Below are positions 17,765 through 27,770 of a stretch of 64,000 nt of DNA, in pieces. A model generated the notes under the pieces. That model saw only the letters and a program-made list of their open reading frames with translations, was not told where the DNA came from and did no database searches. Both the position numbers and the translations under genes were made by a program. The stretch is from Promethearchaeia archaeon (GTDB lineage Archaea > Asgardarchaeota > Lokiarchaeia > Sigyniarchaeales > SOKP01). The stretch covers positions 1-64,000 of the forward strand of contig JAHQWJ010000143.1 of the NCBI GenBank assembly GCA_029856125.1. The letters run 5' to 3'. The stretch's first letter is position 1, and each line of letters starts with the position of its first letter.

Positions 17765-18787
17765 TTAATTCCAAACAATTTGTTCATAATTGCATTTATT
17801 GCACTCAATTGATTCACCTTTTAGTGGAAAATAGGTCAATGTATTCCCACAATACCGACATTCCAGAGTGTAAATTTGTTCTTTAGACGCTATATGACCA
17901 CGTACTATCAGTTCTCTTTCAAACACGGTGATAAACTTCGTTAAAAGAGATATGAGTAAGTGAGGATTTGACGATGCTGCTAACCACTCTATTTTGCGAC
18001 CCGATACTTGACATATAATCAAAACATCGTTCCCTGAGACTAAATCAGTTCCAAAAAACCAACTTATTTTCTTGCTTTGAATATTCATAATTAGTTGGAA
18101 GTTATGGGTTTCAAGAATTTCATTTATAAGCTCAAAATAATATTTTTCATCAAGTTGGCTGTCAATTCCAATTCCGATGCTTTTAATTGCTTTTTTTATC
18201 CATGGCTTTTCTAGAAATTGTTTAATTTCTGACGAGGGTATTATTTTTCTTTCAATATTGAAGGGATCAAACTGAATTGGGATGGCATCAGTATCAATTG
18301 CCCTTATGAAATCAACATTGTTAACAAAAGTAATAAAGGATCTAATTGTACCTTTTTCTTCGAGGAAAAGGGGACATAAATATAGGTTTATCTGTTTATT
18401 AGAATTTTTTTCTAGGCTTTCAAATTCCATAACGACTTGTTGTTGTTCAATTTCTTTTTGATCGCTGTTACTTTCATCTACCCCTAATTCTAATGACTCT
18501 AGAGTTAAAGTTGGGGGGGTGCTCCTACATAATTTAAAAAATCCCGGAAAATTAATTCTTATTTTAACCTTTGTAATAGGATCGGTGCTTTGATTCGTTA
18601 TTAGTAAAGAATAAAGGTAATTTCCCCCGAATGGGACTAGCTTATAGACCATGTTTATCTTGTCTTCTTGATCTATATATTCTAATGGTTCAGGTTCAAA
18701 CAGTTTTGATTTTGTTTCAGTATCTTCATTAAATAGTAATAATTCATGGGTTTCTTTTTGACTTTTATCCTTATTTCTCCTTTCCAT
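17765..18787 (-). CDS. Hypothetical protein: Ig-like sandwich + platform (adaptin/COP appendage-like) + C-terminal zinc ribbon
   Basis: YSLLITNQSTDPITKVKIRINFP sandwich start, alpha/beta platform-like segment, CRYCG...CNKC. Confidence 0.5.
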   Translation of the reverse strand: MERRNKDKSQKETHELLLFNEDTETKSKLFEPEPLEYIDQEDKINMVYKLVPFGGNYLYSLLITNQSTDPITKVKIRINFPGFFKLCRSTPPTLTLESLELGVDESNSDQKEIEQQQVVMEFESLEKNSNKQINLYLCPLFLEEKGTIRSFITFVNNVDFIRAIDTDAIPIQFDPFNIERKIIPSSEIKQFLEKPWIKKAIKSIGIGIDSQLDEKYYFELINEILETHNFQLIMNIQSKKISWFFGTDLVSGNDVLIICQVSGRKIEWLAASSNPHLLISLLTKFITVFERELIVRGHIASKEQIYTLECRYCGNTLTYFPLKGESIECNKCNYEQIVWN

Positions 18788-18916
18788 GAATCCTTCGCCA
18801 GTTTTTCAATTAAAAAATTACAATTGATTGTATAAGAAGTATTAAATTATTTTAATTTATATTTTTTTTTGACCTACTGTTTTTTTTACATATGATTCTT
18901 ATTATATATCAACAGT

Positions 18917-19615
18917 ATGAATGTATTGAGCGAATTAGATCCATTATTTGAAAGCCCCACTATTAAACCAACATTCGACTATGTGCATGTAATATTGTCA
19001 CTATTTCTATTTGGTGAGAACATAGAAGGGATTGGTAGGTATCGACTTCAAAAAGAATTACAAATCGGGGCTGGAACTGTAAAGTCATTATTTAATAAAT
19101 TAAAAAATGTTACCAAATTTATAATTGTTCCAAGCGAAGGAGAATTGAAAGCTGGTGAATTGCAAAGGAGGGGACATGTTTTAACTCAAATTGGTTTTGA
19201 ATTTTTAGCAAAAGTAAAAAAGAAGATTCTTTTATTAAAGAGAGCAGATTTGGAGTATTTAAAGGATATTATTATCAGACAAGAATATGTGAATTCGTAT
19301 TTCTGTTTAGTTAAAAAAGCCTCTACGAAATTAAGTGATGGAGTAGAGCAAAGAGACGCAGCTATAAAAGTTAACGGCTCTGGTGCTACTTGTTTAGTTT
19401 ACGATGGCATTAATCTGTTTTTTCCAACAAAAACAAAATCCAAAGATGATAAAGATAGTACGAAAATTAATCCTAAAACATTGAATTATTTTAAGGCGGA
19501 AATTGAAGCTGCGAAGGTTAAAATTGAAAAAAATGACGTAATTATTATAGGTTCAGGAGATAACGATCAAAAGGCACGGTTAGCCACTTTAAATGCTGCT
19601 TTAACTTTATTCTGA
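18917..19615 (+). CDS. DUF4443-family protein with N-terminal winged helix
   Basis: IGRYRLQKELQIGAGTVKSL and EQRDAAIKVNGSGATCL motifs. Confidence 0.75.
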   Translation: MNVLSELDPLFESPTIKPTFDYVHVILSLFLFGENIEGIGRYRLQKELQIGAGTVKSLFNKLKNVTKFIIVPSEGELKAGELQRRGHVLTQIGFEFLAKVKKKILLLKRADLEYLKDIIIRQEYVNSYFCLVKKASTKLSDGVEQRDAAIKVNGSGATCLVYDGINLFFPTKTKSKDDKDSTKINPKTLNYFKAEIEAAKVKIEKNDVIIIGSGDNDQKARLATLNAALTLF

Positions 19616-19623
19616 TTTTTTTT

Positions 19624-20124
19624 ATGGAGTTAAATATGAGATATGAGAAAGATATCGTTTTTTATATTAGTAATACCATAATTGAAAAAATCGATACATG
19701 TATTAAATTAGCGTCTCCTAACGAAGCTAGCGGGTTTATCCTAGGGAATATTCAAGAAATTAACAATAATAATGGTGATTTTAGTTATAACTACTATAGC
19801 GTTTCTTTTCATTGTATAAAATCTAGTACAGGAAGCACTGTATCATTTTTATTAGATAACGATCAGAAAATTTTAGAGCTTTCAGACCATTTAATGAAAA
19901 ATGAAAACCTGAAATTAATAGCAATACTTCACTCTCATCCTTCTGGAACAACTCCTAGTAGCACAGATAAACTTAACATGAAATATTACCATAATAGTGG
20001 TTTAAAGAAATTCACACACTTAATTTGGATAATTGTAGACTCCCGGAACAACGAGATGAATGGGTTTATTTATCTAAGCAATAAACTCACACAAATCAAT
20101 CTTATTTTGAGCGCCTATGAATAA
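19624..20124 (+). CDS. JAMM/MPN+ metalloprotease
   Basis: PNEASGFILG glutamate and HSHPSGTTPSSTD (HxH...SxxD) motif. Confidence 0.9.
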   Translation: MELNMRYEKDIVFYISNTIIEKIDTCIKLASPNEASGFILGNIQEINNNNGDFSYNYYSVSFHCIKSSTGSTVSFLLDNDQKILELSDHLMKNENLKLIAILHSHPSGTTPSSTDKLNMKYYHNSGLKKFTHLIWIIVDSRNNEMNGFIYLSNKLTQINLILSAYE

Positions 20125-20283
20125 TTTATTATAATGCTACCCATTTGTAATTTCAAGTTTAAAACTGTTAAAAACTAACTTAATTACGTACTATTGGTAT
20201 GTTTTGTTTAGATAAAGCTAGATTTATATTATTGTTCTTTGATAGTCTTTTTAATATTATTTATCAAGAATTGATTTACAAAT

Positions 20284-21018
20284 ATGTCGTTAACACCATT
20301 AGAAATTTTTTATGGAAGTTTTACACTCGCTTCATTCATAATTTCTACAATTTTGGGATTACTTATTGCTTTAAAGTATAAAAGGTACGGAAAAGTAGAA
20401 TATCTCGCTGTTGGAATTACATGGATATTATTAGCAAGCCCATACTGGTCTGATGCAATACAATTCATTACTACTATGATTTTTGGAGTTCAAATTCCCA
20501 CTAATCTATATTATTTCTTAGCAAATGCGTTTATTGCTCCAATGTATGTCACTTGGATAATTGCATTGACGAGGATTCTATTTACAAAACAAAAAAAGAT
20601 CCTTCGAGCCATTTTTTTTCCAATTGCTCTGACTTTTGAAATAATCTTTTTAGTCGCATTCTTCATCGATGCGAACTTAATCGGAGATCAAAAAAGCGCT
20701 TTTGTGGTCGAATGGGCTTTATGGATTCAAATATACCTCCTTATATCCATTGTCGTTCTTTTAATAACCGGATTCATACTTGCTAGAGCGAGTCTTAAAG
20801 CAGGTGGAGATGAATTAAGAATGAAAGGAATATTTTTGTTAACAGCGTTTATAAGCTTCACCATTGCTACTGTAATTGATGTCATTGGAGCTGAAAGTCC
20901 ATCTGAAATCACAATATTACTCGCAAGAATATTTTTGATTGTTAGCTCGCTATGTTTCTATATAGGTTTTATATTACCTAAATTTGTAAGAAATCTGTTT
21001 ATTAAACAACAAGACTAA
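20284..21018 (+). CDS. Seven-transmembrane protein of unknown function
   Basis: Seven hydrophobic segments; no retinal-binding Lys in helix 7. Confidence 0.7.
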   Translation: MSLTPLEIFYGSFTLASFIISTILGLLIALKYKRYGKVEYLAVGITWILLASPYWSDAIQFITTMIFGVQIPTNLYYFLANAFIAPMYVTWIIALTRILFTKQKKILRAIFFPIALTFEIIFLVAFFIDANLIGDQKSAFVVEWALWIQIYLLISIVVLLITGFILARASLKAGGDELRMKGIFLLTAFISFTIATVIDVIGAESPSEITILLARIFLIVSSLCFYIGFILPKFVRNLFIKQQD

Positions 21019-21120
21019 ATTTGTTTATTTTTTTTTTTTGGATTTTTAAAAAAAGAGATGATTTAAGAAAGAAGATATGAGGTTGACATTTTAATAAAGA
21101 ATAAATTTTAGGATAACATC

Positions 21121-21762
21121 TTATTGAACTTGTTTAAAACCAGTTTTATCAATCGTGCATATTTGAAGGTTGAATCCCGAAGCAGAATCTCTTTCTCTAG
21201 AGCTTGATATCGCTGTTTCTATTAACTTTATCCCGGCTGGTTTAGTCAAATTTGGTTTCCAATCAGCTTCTAAAACGCCTAGTGAAAATGGGGAACCTGA
21301 CCCAAACGAAATGAATTTTTCTTCTTCATATAGAGTTCCTAATAAATCAACGCCATAGAGAATTCCGTTATTAGCTTTTTGTGAGAAACCTCCTATGATC
21401 ATCATACACAAGAAGTATGATCTTCCGCTAAACAAAACATTCCTTGTCATGCTTGCAATGTACTGTGGATCGGGTACTTTATCGTCCTCTACTTGTTTTA
21501 GTCTTGATAGCGCTTGTAGTTGATTAACAACATATTGGCAATCTGCAACTCCACCACTAATTGTGGCCGCCGTATAGTCATTTATTTTAAATAATTTTTG
21601 AGCTTCTTTGGTGGCTACAGTGTATCCTGCAGTAGCTTGAGATTCAGTACCGATTACAACGCCATCCTTTACAATTATACCTACTGTGGTTGTACCCGAT
21701 TTAATTATATTTTTTATAGAATCTTCATCTAAGTTTGGATAATTAGATTTGTTCTCCATCAT
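21121..21762 (-). CDS. psmB: Proteasome beta subunit
   Basis: Propeptide followed by G|TTTVG; SGGVAD; GSGS; RDSASG. Confidence 0.95.
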   Translation of the reverse strand: MMENKSNYPNLDEDSIKNIIKSGTTTVGIIVKDGVVIGTESQATAGYTVATKEAQKLFKINDYTAATISGGVADCQYVVNQLQALSRLKQVEDDKVPDPQYIASMTRNVLFSGRSYFLCMMIIGGFSQKANNGILYGVDLLGTLYEEEKFISFGSGSPFSLGVLEADWKPNLTKPAGIKLIETAISSSRERDSASGFNLQICTIDKTGFKQVQ

Positions 21763-21948
21763 TTTTAACCAATCTACAAATGTTTTAAAATTAATATACG
21801 ATTTTTATTATTATATTAAATAAATTAATTTTACCTATTTCTATTTTACTTTTAAAAATTATAAACTCCTAAACCTAAACACAAAAATTTTAAAGATATA
21901 GATAATTATCGATTATATCATATTCGATTCTATGAGTGTCCTTTAATC

Positions 21949-22332
21949 ATGGCAAGAAGTCAAGCAAGAAGCAAAAGAAAGTATACCGGAAAAAAATACA
22001 AGAAATTTCATAAAAAACGAAAAAGAGAATTAGAACGACCGCCCATAAATACTCAGATTGGGATAGAAAAGAAAAAGAAACAGCGTACTATTGGGGGAAA
22101 TTACAAACTTAAGTTATTCTCATCGAATTTTATAAATCTTACCGATCCTGCGACTAATAAAACCACAAAAGTTAAGATTCTAAAATTCGAAAGTAATGCG
22201 GCTTCTAAAGATATAAATCGGCGCCATATTCTTACTAAGGGTGCAATAGTGGAAACGGAAAAGGGTTTAGCAAGAATATCAAGTCGTCCAGGTCAACACG
22301 GAATTTTAAATGGTATCTTAATTAGTGAATAA
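21949..22332 (+). CDS. rps8e: 30S ribosomal protein S8e
   Basis: RSKRKYTG, KKRKRELER, TKGAIVET, SRPGQHGILNG. Confidence 0.96.
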   Translation: MARSQARSKRKYTGKKYKKFHKKRKRELERPPINTQIGIEKKKKQRTIGGNYKLKLFSSNFINLTDPATNKTTKVKILKFESNAASKDINRRHILTKGAIVETEKGLARISSRPGQHGILNGILISE

Positions 22333-22412
22333 TCTTTTTTTATTACTATATACCAATCTGAAGAATCAGTATTAACTACGATTTCAGATGTTTTTAATTG
22401 CTATCAAGCAAC

Positions 22413-22784
22413 TTATTCTTGTATTTTGATATTCTTTATGTTGGCTTTCTTACCGTCTATTATTTCAGTATTCTTACTTTGACAGTGTTTGCACTGAAAT
22501 AATTGTAAACCGGTTAAGTGTGCTTCTTCGCTTAAGGTGACAGATGAGCTTTTTCCACAATCTCGGCATTTTATTGTACCAGGAAGCTGTTCGATGATTA
22601 ATTCTGCACCTTCTGCGATAGAACCACTGGTAGCCATTTCAAACGAACGTTTGAGAAGTTCTGGCACTATTAGTGTCAATTCACCAATCTCGAGGTGGAC
22701 TTCTGTTATCTTCTTAGCGTTATGTTTTATGGCTGTAGCTTCTGCAACTTTAAATATATTGTAAGCAAACGAGAACTCATGCAA
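22413..22784 (-). CDS. hypA: Hydrogenase maturation nickel chaperone HypA
   Basis: MHE N-terminus, IGELT, CRDC...CKHC. Confidence 0.93.
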   Translation of the reverse strand: MHEFSFAYNIFKVAEATAIKHNAKKITEVHLEIGELTLIVPELLKRSFEMATSGSIAEGAELIIEQLPGTIKCRDCGKSSSVTLSEEAHLTGLQLFQCKHCQSKNTEIIDGKKANIKNIKIQE

Positions 22785-22805
22785 GTTTTTCTCTCACTCT
22801 CTCTC

Positions 22806-23099
22806 TTACTTCGGTTGATTTCTTTTTATTTCTTTAGCAACTTCTATTAAGACTTTAGATTTCTTCTTCCCCTTCGTGTCTATCGATACTCTACCAGGAT
22901 CGTCCCACCAGGTTCTAGGATAGTGATAACCTTTCTCGAAATGAGCGTCATAGCCTAAGCGTTTTGCAGCTTTTAAAATATGAGTTGTTGTTATTTTTTC
23001 TATTGCAAACTTCTTCGGTATGCGCCTTCCCTTTGATCTACTCCTTTTTGCATCGAAATATTGAGGCCAAAAAATGATAAAAGGTTTTCTGGAGCGCAT
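22806..23099 (-). CDS. srp19: Signal recognition particle 19 kDa protein
   Basis: WPQYFDAKRSRSKGRRIPK, YPRTWW..GRV. Confidence 0.93.
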   Translation of the reverse strand: MRSRKPFIIFWPQYFDAKRSRSKGRRIPKKFAIEKITTTHILKAAKRLGYDAHFEKGYHYPRTWWDDPGRVSIDTKGKKKSKVLIEVAKEIKRNQPK

Positions 23100-23291
23100 A
23101 ATTTAGCAATAGAATGTTTTAATTTAATAAAATTATAAGAATAAAAAACCTCTAAAGAATTTAAAAATTATTGCTTTAGAAAAAAGGGATAATTAAACAT
23201 AAATACAATTTGAAATTTTTAATAATACTAAATTCATACAGACCTATTCATCAATAGATGTATGATTTTTATAACGAAAGAGGATACCAAA

Positions 23292-24818
23292 ATGAATCTA
23301 AGAGAATTAGTCAATAATCAAGCAAAAAAATATAAAGACAAAACCTTTATGTATTGGGAAGATATTACTGTTTCCTACTCCCAAATAGATGAATTAACTA
23401 ATAAAGTAGCGAATTTTCTTTACGATCTCGGAATAAGAAAGGGAGATAAAGTTAGCGTTTACCTACCAAACATGCCCGAGTATGTCTATCTCTACTTAGG
23501 AATTCCTAAAATAGGTGCGGTTACTGGGCCTGTAAATGCATTGTTTAAGGCTCGGGAAGTCAAATTTGTAGTGGATCATTCTGAAGCAAGGATAATAGTT
23601 ACAATTCCGAAATTTATGGAAGTAATTAAAGAAATTAGGGAAGAACTCCCAAAAGTGGAACATGTAATTGTCATTGGAGAATCTATTGAAGGATCTTTAA
23701 ATTATTGGGAATTAATGGAAAAAGCATCTAAGAGTGCGCCCCCATTAGTTGCAATTGATGAAAAAAAGGATCCTGCTGCTATTCTTTATACGTCAGGGAC
23801 AACAGGTTTTCCTAAAGGTGTTTTACAAACTCATTACAACATAAGAAGAAATGCTGAAATGTTAAAAGATTTTCTGAGAGCTGAAGAAAACTACAAATTT
23901 ATGTTAATTTTGCCATTATTCCATGTCAACGCTCAAATAGTTACCGTAATGGCACCTTTTACAATTGGAGCGAGTTGCATTTTGACTCCAGGATTTTCGG
24001 CCCAAACACACTGGGAAACAGTAGCGAAATATAAAGCTTCCACATTCAGTGCGGTTCCAACTATACTCTCAATCCTTCTTAAAATGCCTCACGAAAATTT
24101 GGATCTTTCTTCCTTAGAATTTGTAATTTGTGGAGCGGCACCGTTACCAGTCGAAGTATTCAGAGAATTTGAAGAAACATTCAAATGTAAGGTTGTTGAG
24201 GGGTATGGCCTTACAGAAGGCACATGCGCATCTTCAGTTAATCCAATACCTACAGATACAGAAGATAGACGAAAAATTGGAAGTATAGGTATACCATTAC
24301 CAGGTAATGAAATGAAAATTGTAGATAGTGACGGCAATGATCTTCCCCCAAACTCAAAAGGTGAAATTCTTGTTAAAGGTGATAATGTAATGAAAGAGTA
24401 CTTCAAAAATCCAGAAGCGAACGCACAAACTCTTAAAGACGGCTGGTTGTATACAGGCGATATCGGGCATATAGACGAAGATGGATTTTTCTACATAACA
24501 GATCGTAAAAAAGATATGATTATTCGAGGTGGAGAAAACATCTATCCGAGAGAAATCGAAGAAGTACTTTATTCACACCCAGCAGTCTCGTTGGCGACAG
24601 TTATAGGGGTACGAGACAAAATTTATGGAGAACTTCCCAAAGCTTTCATCGTCTTAAAAGAAGGAAAATCTGTGACTACCGAAGAAATATTAAAGTTTTG
24701 TAAAGAAAATCTAGCAGATTTTAAAGTCCCAAAATATGTCGAATTTCGAGATAATTTACTTATGACCCCTACTGGTAAAATAATGAAGCAAGTACTTCGC
24801 GATGAAGAAAATACTTAA
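23292..24818 (+). CDS. Long-chain fatty-acid--CoA ligase (AMP-forming)
   Basis: YTSGTTGFPKG, EGYGLTE, TGDIG, DRKKDMIIRGGENIYP, TPTGK. ATG 23292 follows GAGGA; the track start is 23262. Confidence 0.92.
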   Translation: MNLRELVNNQAKKYKDKTFMYWEDITVSYSQIDELTNKVANFLYDLGIRKGDKVSVYLPNMPEYVYLYLGIPKIGAVTGPVNALFKAREVKFVVDHSEARIIVTIPKFMEVIKEIREELPKVEHVIVIGESIEGSLNYWELMEKASKSAPPLVAIDEKKDPAAILYTSGTTGFPKGVLQTHYNIRRNAEMLKDFLRAEENYKFMLILPLFHVNAQIVTVMAPFTIGASCILTPGFSAQTHWETVAKYKASTFSAVPTILSILLKMPHENLDLSSLEFVICGAAPLPVEVFREFEETFKCKVVEGYGLTEGTCASSVNPIPTDTEDRRKIGSIGIPLPGNEMKIVDSDGNDLPPNSKGEILVKGDNVMKEYFKNPEANAQTLKDGWLYTGDIGHIDEDGFFYITDRKKDMIIRGGENIYPREIEEVLYSHPAVSLATVIGVRDKIYGELPKAFIVLKEGKSVTTEEILKFCKENLADFKVPKYVEFRDNLLMTPTGKIMKQVLRDEENT

Positions 24819-24997
24819 TGATATTATAAATATTATTTTTTTCTATTTTTATATTTAAAATAACTCTAATAATATGGTTACCTTTATGAACTTCGGAGAT
24901 CATTAAAAATAAATAGAATTTATGATTTTAATTTATACAAATCTAAGTTGGACTAGTTTTTCTGTGTAAATTATAAGAAGAACATACTTTTTTAGAA

Positions 24998-25101
24998 GGG
25001 AGGGTGGTCTAGCTTGGTATGATACCTTAGTTTGGACATCTCAAACTTTATCTAATCGGCTGGGGGCCGAGTGGCCGGGGGTTCGAATCCCCCCTCTCCC
25101 A
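24998..25101 (+). tRNA. tRNA-Pro(GGG) with ~30-nt intron (25026-25055) near position 27/28
   Basis: Acceptor GGGAGGG/CTCTCCC, D-arm GGTCTAGCTTGGTATGAT, anticodon arm C|TCGG-CTGGGGG-CCGAG after splicing, T-arm GGGGG-TTCGAAT-CCCCC. Confidence 0.88.
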
Positions 25102-25276
25102 TTTTAGTTTTAAGCGAAGGTTTACAGATATTAAGACCTCCGCTGTTGTTTTTTTACTACATTTAAATTCAATATATCTAAAAAATATTAAATGTTTAAG
25201 AGGAATAGGCTATAAATATTTAAGGAGAAGTAGTCTATTTTTTATTTAATTAGCATTTAAATTATGGTGTTATAAC

Positions 25277-25576
25277 ATGAGTGAAGTTCAAGAAACCGAT
25301 GTAGTAATGCGTATAGCGGCAATCGCGAGTGGAATTATAGTTTTAATAGAAGCGGTTTTAAAAATAGCAGGTGTTTCATTAGCAATATGGGGGTGGGGAG
25401 CAATTGGAGGTGCAGTTGCTCTTCTCTTAGCCATCCTTGTGATATTGCTAGGTATTAGACCAATCCATTACACTCCCGTTTTTTTGGGAATTCTTGGTAT
25501 AGGCGTCATCTTCTTTGGAGTACTGATTGGCGGTATCATAGTTATTGTAGCTACTCTACTTGGAACAATAACCTAA
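25277..25576 (+). CDS. Small Gly-rich membrane protein
   Basis: 99 aa, almost entirely hydrophobic helices; SD-like GGTG. Confidence 0.7.
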   Translation: MSEVQETDVVMRIAAIASGIIVLIEAVLKIAGVSLAIWGWGAIGGAVALLLAILVILLGIRPIHYTPVFLGILGIGVIFFGVLIGGIIVIVATLLGTIT

Positions 25577-25687
25577 ATTTTTTTTTTTTTATATTTACTA
25601 GAGAAATACTTACTTAGTTCACTATTTCACACACTAATCGTACAGGTAATTCAATATTTAAATTGCCAATTTCTTAGTGGAATTAGA

Positions 25688-26554
25688 TTAATAACGAGAA
25701 CTTAGACTATGAGCTAAAACAAGGGCTCCTTTGATTTCAGAGATATCTCCTACCCGGGAAGTATCGACAATTGCACGATCAATATCCATGTAAATCGCGC
25801 CATATGCTTTACCTCCTCCCAAGTGAACCAAAGTTCGATATATTAAGTTTCCTGTAATCCCATCAGGAGCGATGATTAAATTAGTTTTTTTAGCGATGGC
25901 ATTTTCAATTAAAATCTCTGAATGTTCAATCATTAGGGACGAAAATTTATCTCTAAAATAATTTACAACTTTTTGAGCTTCTTCGATACTACTATCTACC
26001 TTAGGGTTTCTTCCCATATCACCGATTCTTCCACCGCTTAATATACTTACTTTTGGTTCTAAATTTAACGCTTTTATTTCCTTGATTGCTTTATTAAGGA
26101 ATACTATTTTGCTATCAAAATTATTACATTCGTCTATACCTACTGGTCCGAAAAAAAACTGATACCCCGTGAAAGTTTCTAACAGCGCTAACCGATTTAT
26201 TTCTAATATTTTTAGAATGGATTGAAGTCCTTGTAAGAATTTGGTTGAACCTAAATTTCCTCTCACAACACTTGAAATTTTATTAGTTTTAAGATAATTG
26301 AGAATTTCAGATGTGGGGTCATCTGATTCAACCAAAGTAATAATTTTTTTATTTTTGCTAAAGAGTTTATTATTAGCGATATAATCTATTGATTTTCTGC
26401 TTCCAAAGAAAAAAAATGAACTATACCTTGGTTCTAAAGCGGATATTGCCGCTTTTAAGATTTTATCATTATGAACTCCTGAATCTCCTAGTCCAATACC
26501 AATTTTAGCTTCGGTACCTTTGGTTCTTTGATAAAATTTTTCTAATATACTCAT
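25688..26554 (-). CDS. mtxX: Methanogenesis marker protein Mmp4/MtxX family (phosphate acyltransferase fold)
   Basis: PVGIDE, LSGGRIGDMGR, APDGITGNLIYRTL, VDTSR. Confidence 0.85.
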   Translation of the reverse strand: MSILEKFYQRTKGTEAKIGIGLGDSGVHNDKILKAAISALEPRYSSFFFFGSRKSIDYIANNKLFSKNKKIITLVESDDPTSEILNYLKTNKISSVVRGNLGSTKFLQGLQSILKILEINRLALLETFTGYQFFFGPVGIDECNNFDSKIVFLNKAIKEIKALNLEPKVSILSGGRIGDMGRNPKVDSSIEEAQKVVNYFRDKFSSLMIEHSEILIENAIAKKTNLIIAPDGITGNLIYRTLVHLGGGKAYGAIYMDIDRAIVDTSRVGDISEIKGALVLAHSLSSRY

Positions 26555-26572
26555 CGAATTTCTTGTTTTTTG

Positions 26573-27676
26573 TTAAAAAGAAGTAAATACTAAAAATGCA
26601 ATGATGATAGTTAACGCATTATAAACGCCGTGCGTTATCATAACTGCAATTAAATTTTCTTTCCTCCAGTTATATAGCAATCCAAGCAATAAAGAAATCG
26701 CGAAAAATGGAAAGAAGGTGAGGAGCAATGAGACTAAGAAGGTAGTCAATGATTCTGGAAATACGAATATTCCTATTAAGTGAATTGAAGAAAATATTAA
26801 TGCTGTAATTAATATTCCCCAATTTTTACCTAGACTGCGTATTAGTCCCTTTTGTAAAAAACCTCTGAAAAGCACCTCTTCGGATGGTCCTATTATTAAT
26901 ATCATTATAATAACTAACCAAAAGATAGTGAGTACATCAGAAGATGTAATGAGAACATCAACTTCACCAGAAGTCCCAAGAATATCATGTACTATTTCGT
27001 ACCCAAAAATAACTGTTAGTATAACCTCCATTAGAAAAGACACGCAAAACACTAAAAATACTCCAAGAATCGCAAAACCGATTCCTATAAGAATTTCTTT
27101 CAAAATTCTTTTATTGTTAAAACCCTTAACAGTAAACCCTAAGAGGATCAATCGATTATTTAAATTTGGTTTTTTTAGGTACTTACCAATATATAACATT
27201 GGAACAATAAACAAGATTAACTCGATAAAGGAACTAAAAATAATAAGATACGGATTGGCTAAGATGTCATATATAGTATCTAAGTTAAATGAAAAAAAAA
27301 CAAATACGACAACTGCAAAAATTGCTGCAGAGTTCATTAAGATAAAAGCTGCCGCAGTCATGCCAATAGAAGCGAAACTACCCCATAATTTCTCTTCTTT
27401 CAGATTCGAGAGATCCTCTTGTGAGAGTCTCTTTCTTGGAGGTCGATGCGGTCTGAAACTGTAAGGTTGGTAGGTAGTCGAAGTCCGAGGACCTAAAGAT
27501 ATTGTATTTTTACGAGGAGGCATCCTCATATGGGTATTGATGTAGATTAAATCCACACCACATTTGGTGCAAAATTTAATATTCTTCACTTCCGGGATTT
27601 TAGTTCCACATATAGGACAATACGACCATCTTAGCTTAATTTCGTTCGAATTGTCTATTTTATCGTTCTCATTCAT
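26573..27676 (-). CDS. Zinc-ribbon + CPBP (Abi/type II CAAX protease) intramembrane metalloprotease
   Basis: CPICG...CTKCG; EEVLFRG, FSSIH, HGVYN. Confidence 0.9.
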   Translation of the reverse strand: MNENDKIDNSNEIKLRWSYCPICGTKIPEVKNIKFCTKCGVDLIYINTHMRMPPRKNTISLGPRTSTTYQPYSFRPHRPPRKRLSQEDLSNLKEEKLWGSFASIGMTAAAFILMNSAAIFAVVVFVFFSFNLDTIYDILANPYLIIFSSFIELILFIVPMLYIGKYLKKPNLNNRLILLGFTVKGFNNKRILKEILIGIGFAILGVFLVFCVSFLMEVILTVIFGYEIVHDILGTSGEVDVLITSSDVLTIFWLVIIMILIIGPSEEVLFRGFLQKGLIRSLGKNWGILITALIFSSIHLIGIFVFPESLTTFLVSLLLTFFPFFAISLLLGLLYNWRKENLIAVMITHGVYNALTIIIAFLVFTSF

Positions 27677-27770
27677 TCTTACAACAAATTAAGGTTTCAA
27701 GATATACTTGTTATAGTTTATTATTATTTCTGGTTTAAAAGGATAATGCGTAAAAAATAATTTTGTCAAT

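Noticed and set aside
20284-21018. Rhodopsin
   Set aside because: Seven TM helices but no DxxxK/SxxxK retinal-binding lysine in helix 7.
25688-26554. Evidence of methanogenesis
   Set aside because: MtxX, MfnD-like and HdrD-like genes also occur in non-methanogens; no mcr or mtr genes in the window.
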